From positions 25,017-89,016 of the forward strand of contig DAIDAP010000016.1 of NCBI GenBank assembly GCA_027310565.1: a DNA stretch of 64,000 nucleotides, given 5' to 3'. The translations under genes were made by a program, and so were the position numbers. This DNA comes from Chloroflexota bacterium. GTDB taxonomy: Bacteria > Chloroflexota > Limnocylindria > P2-11E. This document shows, piece after piece, positions 49,854-58,212 of the stretch. The notes under the pieces are model-generated. The model did not search any database. It had not been told where the DNA came from and saw only the letters and a list, made by a program, of their open reading frames with translations. How positions within the stretch are numbered: position 1 is the stretch's first letter; each line of letters starts with the position of its first letter.

Positions 49854-51198
49854 GGTGCTCATCGCGAACCGCGGCGAGATCGCGCTGCGGGTCATCCGCG
49901 CATGCCGCGAGCTCGGGATCCAGTCGGTGCTCGTGTACAGCGAGGCGGACGCGCACAGCCTCCCGGTCCACGTCGCCGACGAGGCCATCTGCGTCGGCCC
50001 GGCCGCGGCGCGCGACTCCTACCTGAACATCCCCGCGATCATGTCCGCCGCGCTCATCAGCGGCGCGCAGGCCATCCATCCCGGCTACGGCTTCCTCTCG
50101 GAGAGCGCCGACTTCGCGGAGGTCTGCCGCGATCACGGGCTCACCTTCATCGGCCCGCCGCCCGAGGTGCTGGCCAGGTTCCACGACAAGGCCGCGACGC
50201 GCACCGCGATGAGCCGCCTCGGCCTGCCGGTGATCCCCGGCTCGGACGGCCCCGTGCGCACGGTCGCGGAGGCGCTGCGCATCGCGGAGGCCATCGGCTA
50301 CCCGGTGATGCTGAAGGCCAGGGCAGGCGGCGGCGGACGCGGGATGCGCAAGGTGACCTCGCCGCACGATCTGCGGCGCCTGTGGGATCAGGCGCGCGGC
50401 GAGGCGAAGGCGTCGTTCGGCGACGAAGGCATCTATCTCGAGCGCTGCCTCGAGGGCGTGCGCCACGTCGAGGCGCAGATCGCGGTGGACGAGTACGGGA
50501 GCGGCATCTGCCTCGGCGAGCGCGAGTGCTCCATCCAGCGCCGCAACCAGAAGCTCATCGAGGAGGCGCCGTCCGCGTCCATCGGCGAGCCGCTGCGCCA
50601 GGAGATCGCGCGTCAGGCGGTCGACGCGGCGGTGCGCTCGGGATACCGCAACGTCGGTACTTTCGAGTTCCTCGTCGACCGGGACGGGCGCTTCTACTTC
50701 ATCGAGGTGAACTCGCGCATCCAGGTGGAGCACACCATCACCGAGGTGACCACCGGGATCGATCTCGTGAAGGAGCAGATCGCCCTCGCGGCCGGGCAGC
50801 CGCTCTCGTTCAGCGAGGAGCAGATCTGGGTCCAGGGCCACGCGATCGAGTGCCGCATCAACGCCGAGGACAGCGAGCAGAACTTCGCACCCTCCACCGG
50901 CGTGCTCACGACCTGGCTGCCGCCCGCGGGTCCGGGGATCCGTGTCGACTCGCACTGCTTCCAGGGCTACGAGGTGCCGCCGTACTACGACTCGCTGCTC
51001 GCGAAGGTCATCGCCTGGGGCCGCGACCGTGCCGAGGCGGTGGCGCGCATGCAGCGCGCGCTCGACGAGTTCACGATCGTCGGCGTCACGACGAACATCC
51101 CGGCGCACAAGAAGATCCTCGGGAGCGACCTGTTCCGGACCGGACAGGTGACGACGCACCTCATCGACACGGTCGGGGTGGACGCGATCGCGGGGTAG
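49840..51198 (+). CDS. accC: Acetyl-CoA carboxylase biotin carboxylase subunit
   Basis: (L)SFDKVLIANRGEIA aligns to the E. coli AccC N-terminus. ATP-grasp and biotin-carboxylase C-terminal domains present. The GAAGGAGG Shine-Dalgarno sequence is positioned for a CTG start at 49840; the ORF-track GTG is at 49855. Confidence 0.9.
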   Translation: MSFDKVLIANRGEIALRVIRACRELGIQSVLVYSEADAHSLPVHVADEAICVGPAAARDSYLNIPAIMSAALISGAQAIHPGYGFLSESADFAEVCRDHGLTFIGPPPEVLARFHDKAATRTAMSRLGLPVIPGSDGPVRTVAEALRIAEAIGYPVMLKARAGGGGRGMRKVTSPHDLRRLWDQARGEAKASFGDEGIYLERCLEGVRHVEAQIAVDEYGSGICLGERECSIQRRNQKLIEEAPSASIGEPLRQEIARQAVDAAVRSGYRNVGTFEFLVDRDGRFYFIEVNSRIQVEHTITEVTTGIDLVKEQIALAAGQPLSFSEEQIWVQGHAIECRINAEDSEQNFAPSTGVLTTWLPPAGPGIRVDSHCFQGYEVPPYYDSLLAKVIAWGRDRAEAVARMQRALDEFTIVGVTTNIPAHKKILGSDLFRTGQVTTHLIDTVGVDAIAG

Positions 51199-51229
51199 CG
51201 CGTGATCGTGCGTCGGTAGACTGCGGTGC

Positions 51230-51673
51230 GTGGACATCCTCGACCGCGCGGGCATCGAAGCGCTCATCCCGCACCGCGAGCCGTTCCTCCTCATCGACCG
51301 CGTGACGGCGCTCGAGCCCGGCGTGCGCGCGGTCGCCGAGCACACCTTCAGCGGCGAGGAGTGGTACCTCCAAGGCCACTTCCCCGGGAATCCGATCGTG
51401 CCCGGCGTCATCCTCGTCGAATCGTGCGCCCAGGCCGCGACGGTCATGGCGATGAGCCTCCCCGAGTACCGCGACGGCCTCGGGCTCTTCGCGGGCATCG
51501 AGGAGATGCGCTTCAAGCGCATCGTGCGGCCGGGTGACACCGGCCGGTTCGAGGCGGTGATGGAGCGCTCGCGGCGCGGCGTCGCGCGCGTCGCCGTGAG
51601 GGCGTTCGTCGGCGACGAGCTCGCGGCGGAGGGCGTCATCGTGGCCGTGTTCCAGCCGCACGCGAAGCCGTGA
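51230..51673 (+). CDS. fabZ: 3-hydroxyacyl-ACP dehydratase FabZ
   Basis: Hot-dog fold with HFPGNPIVPGVILVE and active-site His. GTG start. Confidence 0.85.
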   Translation: MDILDRAGIEALIPHREPFLLIDRVTALEPGVRAVAEHTFSGEEWYLQGHFPGNPIVPGVILVESCAQAATVMAMSLPEYRDGLGLFAGIEEMRFKRIVRPGDTGRFEAVMERSRRGVARVAVRAFVGDELAAEGVIVAVFQPHAKP

Positions 51674-52587
51674 AGACCGTCGAGATCGTCGGCGTACCCA
51701 TGGATCTCGGCGGGAACCGCCGCGGGGTGGACATGGGTCCGTCGGCGGTGCGCTACGCCGGTCTCGCGGACACGCTCTCCGGCATCGGCTACCGCGTGCG
51801 TGACCGCGGGAACATCCGCGTCGCCGACCCGGACGAGGGCCGCGCGACGCACGAGGCGACGGCCGCCGGCGACGCCCGCCGCCCGCGCGCGCACAACGTC
51901 GACGAGATCGTGCGCGCGTGCGAGGAGCTCGCGCGGATGGTCGCGGACATCGTGCGCGCCGGAAACATCCCCATCGTGCTCGGCGGCGACCACTCCGTCG
52001 CGATCGGCACCATCGCCGGTCTCGATCGTGCGGGCAGGCGCGCCGGCGTCGTCTGGATCGACGCGCACGGGGACATCAACACCCCGGAGACCTCCCCGTC
52101 GGGGAACGTGCACGGCATGCCGTTCGCCGTCGCGCTCGGCCTCGCCGGCGATCCCTTCCCGGCGTCGCTGCGCGGGACGACCGACGGGACGCGCGGCGTG
52201 CTGCTCGGCGTCCGCGACGTCGACGAGGGCGAGAAGACGAACATCACGAGCGCCCGCGTGACCGCGATCACGATGGCGGACATCGACCGGATCGGGATGG
52301 CCGCGGCGGTGGAGAAGGCGATCGCGGTCGCCGGCCGCGACGGCCCCGTCCACCTCTCGCTCGACATGGACGCGCTCGATCCGAACGAGGCGCCGGGCGT
52401 CGGAACCCCGGTGCGCGGCGGCCTCACCTACCGCGAGGCGCAGCTCGCGATGGAGATGCTCGCGGCGTCGGGGAAGCTCGGGTCGATCGAGGTCGCCGAG
52501 GTGAACCCGATCCTCGACGCGGAGAACCGCACGGCCGGCCTCGCCGTGGAGCTCGTCGCGAGCGCGCTGGGGGAGACGATCCTCTAG
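51670..52587 (+). CDS. Arginase (ureohydrolase)
   Basis: GGDHS, DAHGD, SLDMDALDP and GGLTYRE motifs. GTG overlaps the fabZ stop. Confidence 0.8.
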   Translation: MKTVEIVGVPMDLGGNRRGVDMGPSAVRYAGLADTLSGIGYRVRDRGNIRVADPDEGRATHEATAAGDARRPRAHNVDEIVRACEELARMVADIVRAGNIPIVLGGDHSVAIGTIAGLDRAGRRAGVVWIDAHGDINTPETSPSGNVHGMPFAVALGLAGDPFPASLRGTTDGTRGVLLGVRDVDEGEKTNITSARVTAITMADIDRIGMAAAVEKAIAVAGRDGPVHLSLDMDALDPNEAPGVGTPVRGGLTYREAQLAMEMLAASGKLGSIEVAEVNPILDAENRTAGLAVELVASALGETIL

Positions 52588-53288
52588 ATCCGCTTTCTGT
52601 TCGTCACGGCGTGATGGAGCAGCGCCGCCGCTTCGCTCCGTCCGCGATCGCGGGCCACGTCGAGCGGCGTCTGGCCCTTCGCGTCGGTCGCCGATGGATC
52701 GGCACCCGCCGCGAGGAGCAGCTGCAGCACGGCGACGCTCCCCGTGAACGCGGCGGTGTGCAGCGGCGTGCCGCCGCTCGCGCTGCGCGCGTTCGGGTCG
52801 GCGCCCCCGTCGAGCAGGAGCCGGACGATGTCCTTCGCCGCGGAGCTCTCGTCGCCGGCGACCGCCGAGTGCAGCGCCGTGAACGCGCCGTCGCGTGATG
52901 CCGGGTGCACGTCGGCGCCGAGCGCGAGCAGCGCGCGCACGGCCTCGGATCGCTTGAAGAACGCGGCGAGGCCGAGCGGGAAGAACCCGTCGCCCGCCAT
53001 CGCGTTCACGACGGACGGATCGCGCTCGGCGAGCTCGCGCACCCGCGCCGCGTCGCCGACGGTCGCGGCCTCGTAGACGTCGAGGTCGGGCCGGTGCGTG
53101 AGGAGAGCGTTCGCGACCTCGGCCTTCCCGTGGTAGTAGGCGAGCAGGAGAGCGGAGGTCCCGTTCTCGTCGCGGGCTCCGAGCAGCGCCGGGTCCGCCC
53201 GCAGCCGACGCTCGACTCCCTCACGGTCGCCGCGCTTGACGGCCTCGAGGAACGCGCCTGTGTCCGCCGCCATGCCGGCAAGTGTCAC
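52584..53288 (-). CDS. Ankyrin-repeat protein
   Basis: Five or six ANK repeats (G-TPLH-AA--GH---V--LL--GAD). Stop overlaps the arginase stop (convergent). Confidence 0.8.
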   Translation of the reverse strand: MTLAGMAADTGAFLEAVKRGDREGVERRLRADPALLGARDENGTSALLLAYYHGKAEVANALLTHRPDLDVYEAATVGDAARVRELAERDPSVVNAMAGDGFFPLGLAAFFKRSEAVRALLALGADVHPASRDGAFTALHSAVAGDESSAAKDIVRLLLDGGADPNARSASGGTPLHTAAFTGSVAVLQLLLAAGADPSATDAKGQTPLDVARDRGRSEAAALLHHAVTNRKRI

Positions 53289-53362
53289 GCAAACGGGGCC
53301 GCGGGATGGACGACGGGCCCTCCGGGCGTCGTCCCGGTCGTACTCTGGCGCCGGGGGAGGTC

Positions 53363-55522
53363 GTGCAGCTCCGCCTCTTCAACACCTTGACGCGCCGCGT
53401 GGAGCCCCTCGAGCCCCTCGTCCGGGGCGAGGTCCGCATGTACACGTGCGGCCCGACCGTGTACCGGCCGGTCCACCTGGGCAACCTGCGCTCGTACCTC
53501 CTCGCCGACTGGCTCCGCCGGGCCTGCGAGCTCGCCGGCCTGCGCGTGACGGCGGTGAAGAACGTCACCGACGTCGGGCACATGCGCCAGGACGCCGTCG
53601 ACCGGGGCGAGGACAAGGTCATCGCCGCGGCGCTCGCGGAGGGCAAGACGCCCATGCAGATCGCCGCCGCCTACGAGGCCGCCTTCCACGAGGACGAGGC
53701 GGCGCTCGGCATCCTCCCGGCGTCGGTGAACCCGCGCGCGACCGAACACGTCCCGGACATGATCCGGATGATCGAGCGGCTCCTCGAGCGCGGGCACGCC
53801 TACGAGCGCGACGGCACCGTGTACTACGCGGTGCGCAGCTTCCCCGGGTACGGCGCGCTCTCGGGCAACGTGCAGGAGGCGCTCCGGCAGGGCGTGCGCG
53901 CCGAGGTCGATCCCGCCAAGCGCCACCCCTCCGACTTCACGCTCTGGAAGCGCGCGGAGCCCGGGCGGATCGCGCTCACCTGGCCCTCGCCGTGGGGCGA
54001 GGGGTACCCCGGCTGGCACATCGAGTGTTCGGCGATGAGCACGCGCTACCTCGGCGAGCGCTTCGACGTGCACACCGGCGGCGTGGACAACGTCTTCCCG
54101 CACCACGAGGACGAGATCGCGCAGTCGGAGGGCGCGCTCGGTCACCGCGTCGTGTCGCACTGGGTCCACGGGCAGCACCTGCTCGCCGACGGCGTGAAGA
54201 TGGCGAAGTCCGCGCGCAACACCATGGAGATCCGCGAGATCCGCGACCTCGGGCTCGACCCGCTCGCCTTCCGCTACCAGTGCCTGCTCACGCGTTACCG
54301 GGCGCGCATGGAGTTCACGCCGGCGGCGCTGCGGCAGGCCGCCGAGGCGCTCGACCGGCTCCGGCAGCGCGTGCGCATGCTCGCGCAGCTTTCGCCCGAG
54401 GCGCCGGCGTCGCCGGAGGCGCGCGAGCGGTGGCTGCGGCGGTTCCGCGAGCGGCTCGCCGACGACCTCGACCTGCCCGGCGCGCTCTCGGCCGCGCACG
54501 CGTGTCTCGGCGATCGCGCGATGAGCGGCCGCGATCGGCTCGTCGCGCTCCTCGACATGGACGGCGTCCTCGGCCTCGGCCTCGCGTCGGTCTCGCGCGA
54601 GCGCGACGAGGCACCCGGCGAGGTCCGCGAGGTCGCGCTCCAGCGCCGCGACGCCCGCGCCGCACGCGCGCTGCGGGCCGCCGACGCGCTCCGGGGGAAG
54701 CTCGACGGATGGCGCGTCGACGACCTCCGCGGGCCGCGCGTGCTCCTCTCGCGCGCCGATCGCCGTCTCGCGCGGCGCGGCCGACGGCGCGTCGCGTCGG
54801 GGAAGGAGCTGCCCGACCGGCGCGGGGACGCGCCGGACCGCGACTGGTCGGTCTGCGTCGTGACGCGCGAGTTCCCCGAGGATCTCGAGCGCTGCGTGCG
54901 CGCGGTGCTCGCCCACGCCCCGGCGTCGACGGAGGTGCTGGTGCTCGACCAGGGCTCGGGCGACGCGGCCGCGGAGCGCGCGCTCACGCTCGCCGCCGAC
55001 CCGCGCGTGCGCGTCGTGCTCGCCGACCGCGACCTCGGCGAGGGCGCGGGGCGCAACGCGCTGCTGCGCATCGCGCGCGGCCGCTCGCTCCTCCAGCTCG
55101 ATCCGTCCGTCGAGATCAGCGGCGACCTGTTCGCCGCGCTCGACGCCGCGCTCGCCGCGGAGGACGTCGGCGTGGCCGGTCCGTGGGGCCTGCGCGCCGT
55201 CGACGGGCTGAAGCGGTTCGACGAGGTCGCCGCGGGCGAGGTCGACGCGGTCCAGGGCCACTGCTTCGCCACCCGCCGCGACCCGCTGCTCGCGATCGGC
55301 GGCTTCGACGAGCGCTACCGCTTCTACCGCAACCTCGACATCGCGACCTCGCTCGCGCTGCGCGAGGTCGGCCTGCGCGCGGTCGCCGCGGGCGCCGGCG
55401 CGGCGGCGCGGCACGCGCACCGTGGCTGGGAGCGGCTCGCGGAGGACGAGCGGGCCAAGCGCAGCCGCCGCAACCACGACCGCATGGTGCGCCGCTTCGG
55501 CGGCGCGGCGGCGCGGTCGTGA
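53363..55522 (+). CDS. cysS: Cysteinyl-tRNA synthetase fused to a C-terminal family-2 glycosyltransferase domain
   Basis: The N-terminal roughly 480 aa is a complete class-I CysRS: Zn ligands (YTCGPT, HIECSAM, HHEDE), KMAKS, an anticodon-binding region, and a C-terminus aligning to E. coli CysRS. The HIGH motif appears as PTVYRPVHLGN. From about nt 54845 a GT2 domain follows (SVCVVTREF...ERCVRAVL...EVLVLDQGSGD...IGGFDERYRFYRNLDIATSLAL). I take the GTG start, which has a GGGGGAGG Shine-Dalgarno sequence; the ORF-track ATG is at 53282. Confidence 0.8.
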   Translation: MQLRLFNTLTRRVEPLEPLVRGEVRMYTCGPTVYRPVHLGNLRSYLLADWLRRACELAGLRVTAVKNVTDVGHMRQDAVDRGEDKVIAAALAEGKTPMQIAAAYEAAFHEDEAALGILPASVNPRATEHVPDMIRMIERLLERGHAYERDGTVYYAVRSFPGYGALSGNVQEALRQGVRAEVDPAKRHPSDFTLWKRAEPGRIALTWPSPWGEGYPGWHIECSAMSTRYLGERFDVHTGGVDNVFPHHEDEIAQSEGALGHRVVSHWVHGQHLLADGVKMAKSARNTMEIREIRDLGLDPLAFRYQCLLTRYRARMEFTPAALRQAAEALDRLRQRVRMLAQLSPEAPASPEARERWLRRFRERLADDLDLPGALSAAHACLGDRAMSGRDRLVALLDMDGVLGLGLASVSRERDEAPGEVREVALQRRDARAARALRAADALRGKLDGWRVDDLRGPRVLLSRADRRLARRGRRRVASGKELPDRRGDAPDRDWSVCVVTREFPEDLERCVRAVLAHAPASTEVLVLDQGSGDAAAERALTLAADPRVRVVLADRDLGEGAGRNALLRIARGRSLLQLDPSVEISGDLFAALDAALAAEDVGVAGPWGLRAVDGLKRFDEVAAGEVDAVQGHCFATRRDPLLAIGGFDERYRFYRNLDIATSLALREVGLRAVAAGAGAAARHAHRGWERLAEDERAKRSRRNHDRMVRRFGGAAARS

Positions 55523-56256
55523 GCCGCGGGCGGCTCGTGCTCTGCGGGTCCGGCGAGTTCACGCCGGCGATGGCCGCCGTCGACCGCGAGATTCTGGACG
55601 GGATCGGCAGGCGCGCGCCGCGGGTCGCCATCGTGCCGACGGCCGCGGGGCTCGAGGACACGCCGCGCGCGTGGGTCGCGATGGGGTCGGAGCACTTCCG
55701 CGCTCTCGGCGCTGAGCCGGTCGGCGTGATGGTGCTCCGGCGCGCGGACGCCGAGGACGCGGCGTGCTGCGACGCGATCGCCGGCGCCGACTGGATCTAC
55801 TTCTCCGGCGGCCAGCCCGGCCACCTCGTGGACACGCTCGCGGGCTCGCGTTTCTGGGACGCGGTCCGCGCGCGGCTCCGCGACGGCGCCGTCCTCGCCG
55901 GCGCGAGCGCGGGCGCGATGATGCTCGGCGGACGGACCTTCGACCCCCGCGGACGCGACGCCGACGGCCTGCCCACGAGCATGGGCATCCGCGAGGGGCT
56001 GGGGGTCCTGCCGGAGGTGATCGTCGCCCCGCACTTCGACGCCATCCCGGAGGCGCGCTGGCGGCACTGGGCGGCGCTGCGGCGCGACGGGGACCGCGTC
56101 CTCGGCATCGACGAGGAAACCGCGCTCGTCGAGCAGCGGGCCGGCTGGAGCGTCCGCGGACGGGGCCGCGTGACGATCGTCGACCGCGGTGGCGCCGGCG
56201 TCGCGCACCCCAGCGGCGCTCGGCTCGACGGCCTCGCGCGCGTCGCCCTTCCCTAG
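55519..56256 (+). CDS. Peptidase S51 family protein (cyanophycinase/dipeptidase-E-like)
   Basis: LVLCGSGEF, IYFSGGQPGHL, nucleophile elbow LAGASAGAMMLG and APHFD His. GTG overlaps the cysS-GT2 stop (GTGA). Confidence 0.75.
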   Translation: MSRGRLVLCGSGEFTPAMAAVDREILDGIGRRAPRVAIVPTAAGLEDTPRAWVAMGSEHFRALGAEPVGVMVLRRADAEDAACCDAIAGADWIYFSGGQPGHLVDTLAGSRFWDAVRARLRDGAVLAGASAGAMMLGGRTFDPRGRDADGLPTSMGIREGLGVLPEVIVAPHFDAIPEARWRHWAALRRDGDRVLGIDEETALVEQRAGWSVRGRGRVTIVDRGGAGVAHPSGARLDGLARVALP

Positions 56257-56266
56257 ACTGGACGTC

Positions 56267-57520
56267 GTGCGCAGCGACCGCCGGCGCCGCGTCGTCGTGA
56301 CCGGCATCGGGATGATCACGCCGCTCGGTTCGACCGTCGAGACGACCTGGCAGGGCATCCTCGCCGGGCGGAGCGGGATCGGCCCGATCACGCGCTTCGA
56401 CACGAGCGGGCTCGAGACGACCATCGCGGGCGAGGTCCGCGACTTCGACCCGACGCTCTACATGGATCGCAAGGAGATTCGCCGTGCGGACCGCTTCGCG
56501 CAGCTCGCCGTCGCGACCGCCGGCCAGGCCCTCGCCGACGCGTCGCTCGCGATCACGCCCGAGAACGCGCCGCGCGTCGGGGTTGCGTTCGGCTCGGGCA
56601 TCGGCGGCGTGAGCACGCTCGTCGACAACATCCTCGCGCACGCGAAGGATCCTCGGAAGGTCTCGCCGTTCATGATCCCGATGATGATCATCGACATGGC
56701 CGCGGGCGAGATCGCGATGAAGTACGGCGCGAAAGGCTCGAACATGGCGCACGTGTCCGCATGCGCCTCGAGCGCGCACGCGATCGGCGAGGCCGCCGCG
56801 ACGATCGGCCGCGGCCAGGCCGACGTCATGCTCGCGGGCGGGTCGGAGGCCGGGCTCATCAAGATCTCCATCGCCGCCTTCAACCAGGCGCGGGCGCTCT
56901 CGACCCGCAACGACGATCCGGCCGGAGCCTCGCGCCCGTTCGACCGCGACCGCGATGGCTTCGTCTTCAGCGAGGCGGCCGGCTGCCTGGTGCTGGAGGA
57001 GCTCGAGCACGCGCGCTCCCGCGGCGCGCGCATCATCGCCGAAGTGATCGGCCACGGCATGTCGGCGGACGCGTACCACATCACCGCGCCGGCGGAGGGC
57101 GCCGAGGGCGCGGTGCGCGCGATGCGCATGGCGATCGCGGACGCGGGCGTCGCCGCGAGCGACGTGGACTACATCAACGCGCACGGCACGTCGACCCAGG
57201 CGAACGACGGCTCCGAGACGGCGGCGATCAAGACCGTCTTCGGGAAGCACGCGTACGAGCTCGCGGTGTCCTCGACGAAGTCCATGACCGGCCACACCCT
57301 CGGCGCGGCCGGCGCGATCGAGGTGATCTTCTGCGTGCTCGCGATGCGCGACGGGATGCTTCCGCCCACGATCAACCAGCACACCCCCGACCCGGAGTGC
57401 GACCTCGACTACGTGCCGAACGCCGCGCGCGCCGCGCGCGTGGACGTGGCGATGTCAAACTCGATGGGCTTCGGCGGGCACAACGCGTCGCTCATCATGC
57501 GCGCGGGAGCACTCACGTAG
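56267..57520 (+). CDS. fabF: 3-oxoacyl-ACP synthase II
   Basis: Active-site ACASS Cys, HGTST and GHTLGAAG His motifs, and MGFGGHNASL. Confidence 0.9.
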   Translation: MRSDRRRRVVVTGIGMITPLGSTVETTWQGILAGRSGIGPITRFDTSGLETTIAGEVRDFDPTLYMDRKEIRRADRFAQLAVATAGQALADASLAITPENAPRVGVAFGSGIGGVSTLVDNILAHAKDPRKVSPFMIPMMIIDMAAGEIAMKYGAKGSNMAHVSACASSAHAIGEAAATIGRGQADVMLAGGSEAGLIKISIAAFNQARALSTRNDDPAGASRPFDRDRDGFVFSEAAGCLVLEELEHARSRGARIIAEVIGHGMSADAYHITAPAEGAEGAVRAMRMAIADAGVAASDVDYINAHGTSTQANDGSETAAIKTVFGKHAYELAVSSTKSMTGHTLGAAGAIEVIFCVLAMRDGMLPPTINQHTPDPECDLDYVPNAARAARVDVAMSNSMGFGGHNASLIMRAGALT

Positions 57521-57534
57521 CCGATCCGAAGAAG

Positions 57535-57978
57535 CTGCGCGCCGACGCGAACGCGCTCGTCACCGAGCTGCTCGCCCGTCTCGACGCGGGCGACGTCCGC
57601 GACCTCGAGGTCCGCCGCGGCGGCCTCCGGGTGAAGGTGAGCCGCGAGCTCGCGCCGGTGCCGCAGCCGTTGGTGCCCGCGCCGCAGCCGCGTCCCGTGG
57701 CGATCCCGGCCGCGCCGGCCGAGCCGGCGAGGATCGAGTACCCCACGGTGAACGCGCCGCTCACCGGCATCTTCTACCGGTCGGCCACGCCGCAGGCCGC
57801 GTCGTTCACGCAGGTGGGATCGATCGTGTCGCCCGGAGACGTCATCGGGCTCATCGAGGCGATGAAGCTCTTCAACGAGATCCGCTCGCAGGCCGCGGGC
57901 AAGGTGCGCCGGATCATGGCCGAGAACGGCCAGCTCGTGCGCGCCCACCAGCCGCTCATCGAGCTGGAGCCGCTGTGA
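57535..57978 (+). CDS. accB: Acetyl-CoA carboxylase biotin carboxyl carrier protein
   Basis: Canonical biotinylation motif EAMKLFNEI and a Pro/Ala-rich linker. There is no ATG/GTG/TTG in frame near the N-terminus. The N-terminal region aligns from ...DPKKLRAD, suggesting a CTG or other start overlapping the fabF 3' end. Confidence 0.8.
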   Translation: MRADANALVTELLARLDAGDVRDLEVRRGGLRVKVSRELAPVPQPLVPAPQPRPVAIPAAPAEPARIEYPTVNAPLTGIFYRSATPQAASFTQVGSIVSPGDVIGLIEAMKLFNEIRSQAAGKVRRIMAENGQLVRAHQPLIELEPL

Positions 57979-58148
57979 CCGAGCCGACGTGCGTCGTCTG
58001 CAAGCAGCCGCTCGGTGCGGGCGGGGTGCGCCTGCGCTACGAGGGGGCGCTCTACGCGTTCGACGGCGAGCGCTGCAAGCGCATCTTCCAGGAGAACCCC
58101 GACCGCTGGCTCGACGCCCACGGCGGCGTGCTCGACCAGCCGCGTTAG
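57975..58148 (+). CDS. YHS-domain small metal-binding protein (57 aa)
   Basis: CVVCKQP...YEGALYAFDGERCKRIFQENPDRW matches the YHS/TRASH-type pattern. GTG overlaps the accB stop (GTGA). Confidence 0.5.
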   Translation: MTEPTCVVCKQPLGAGGVRLRYEGALYAFDGERCKRIFQENPDRWLDAHGGVLDQPR

Positions 58149-58212
58149 TGTCGTCCGCTCGCTCACTCGACCGTCTCTGGCGCAGCACGAGCGACGGCGA
58201 CATCCTGTGCCC

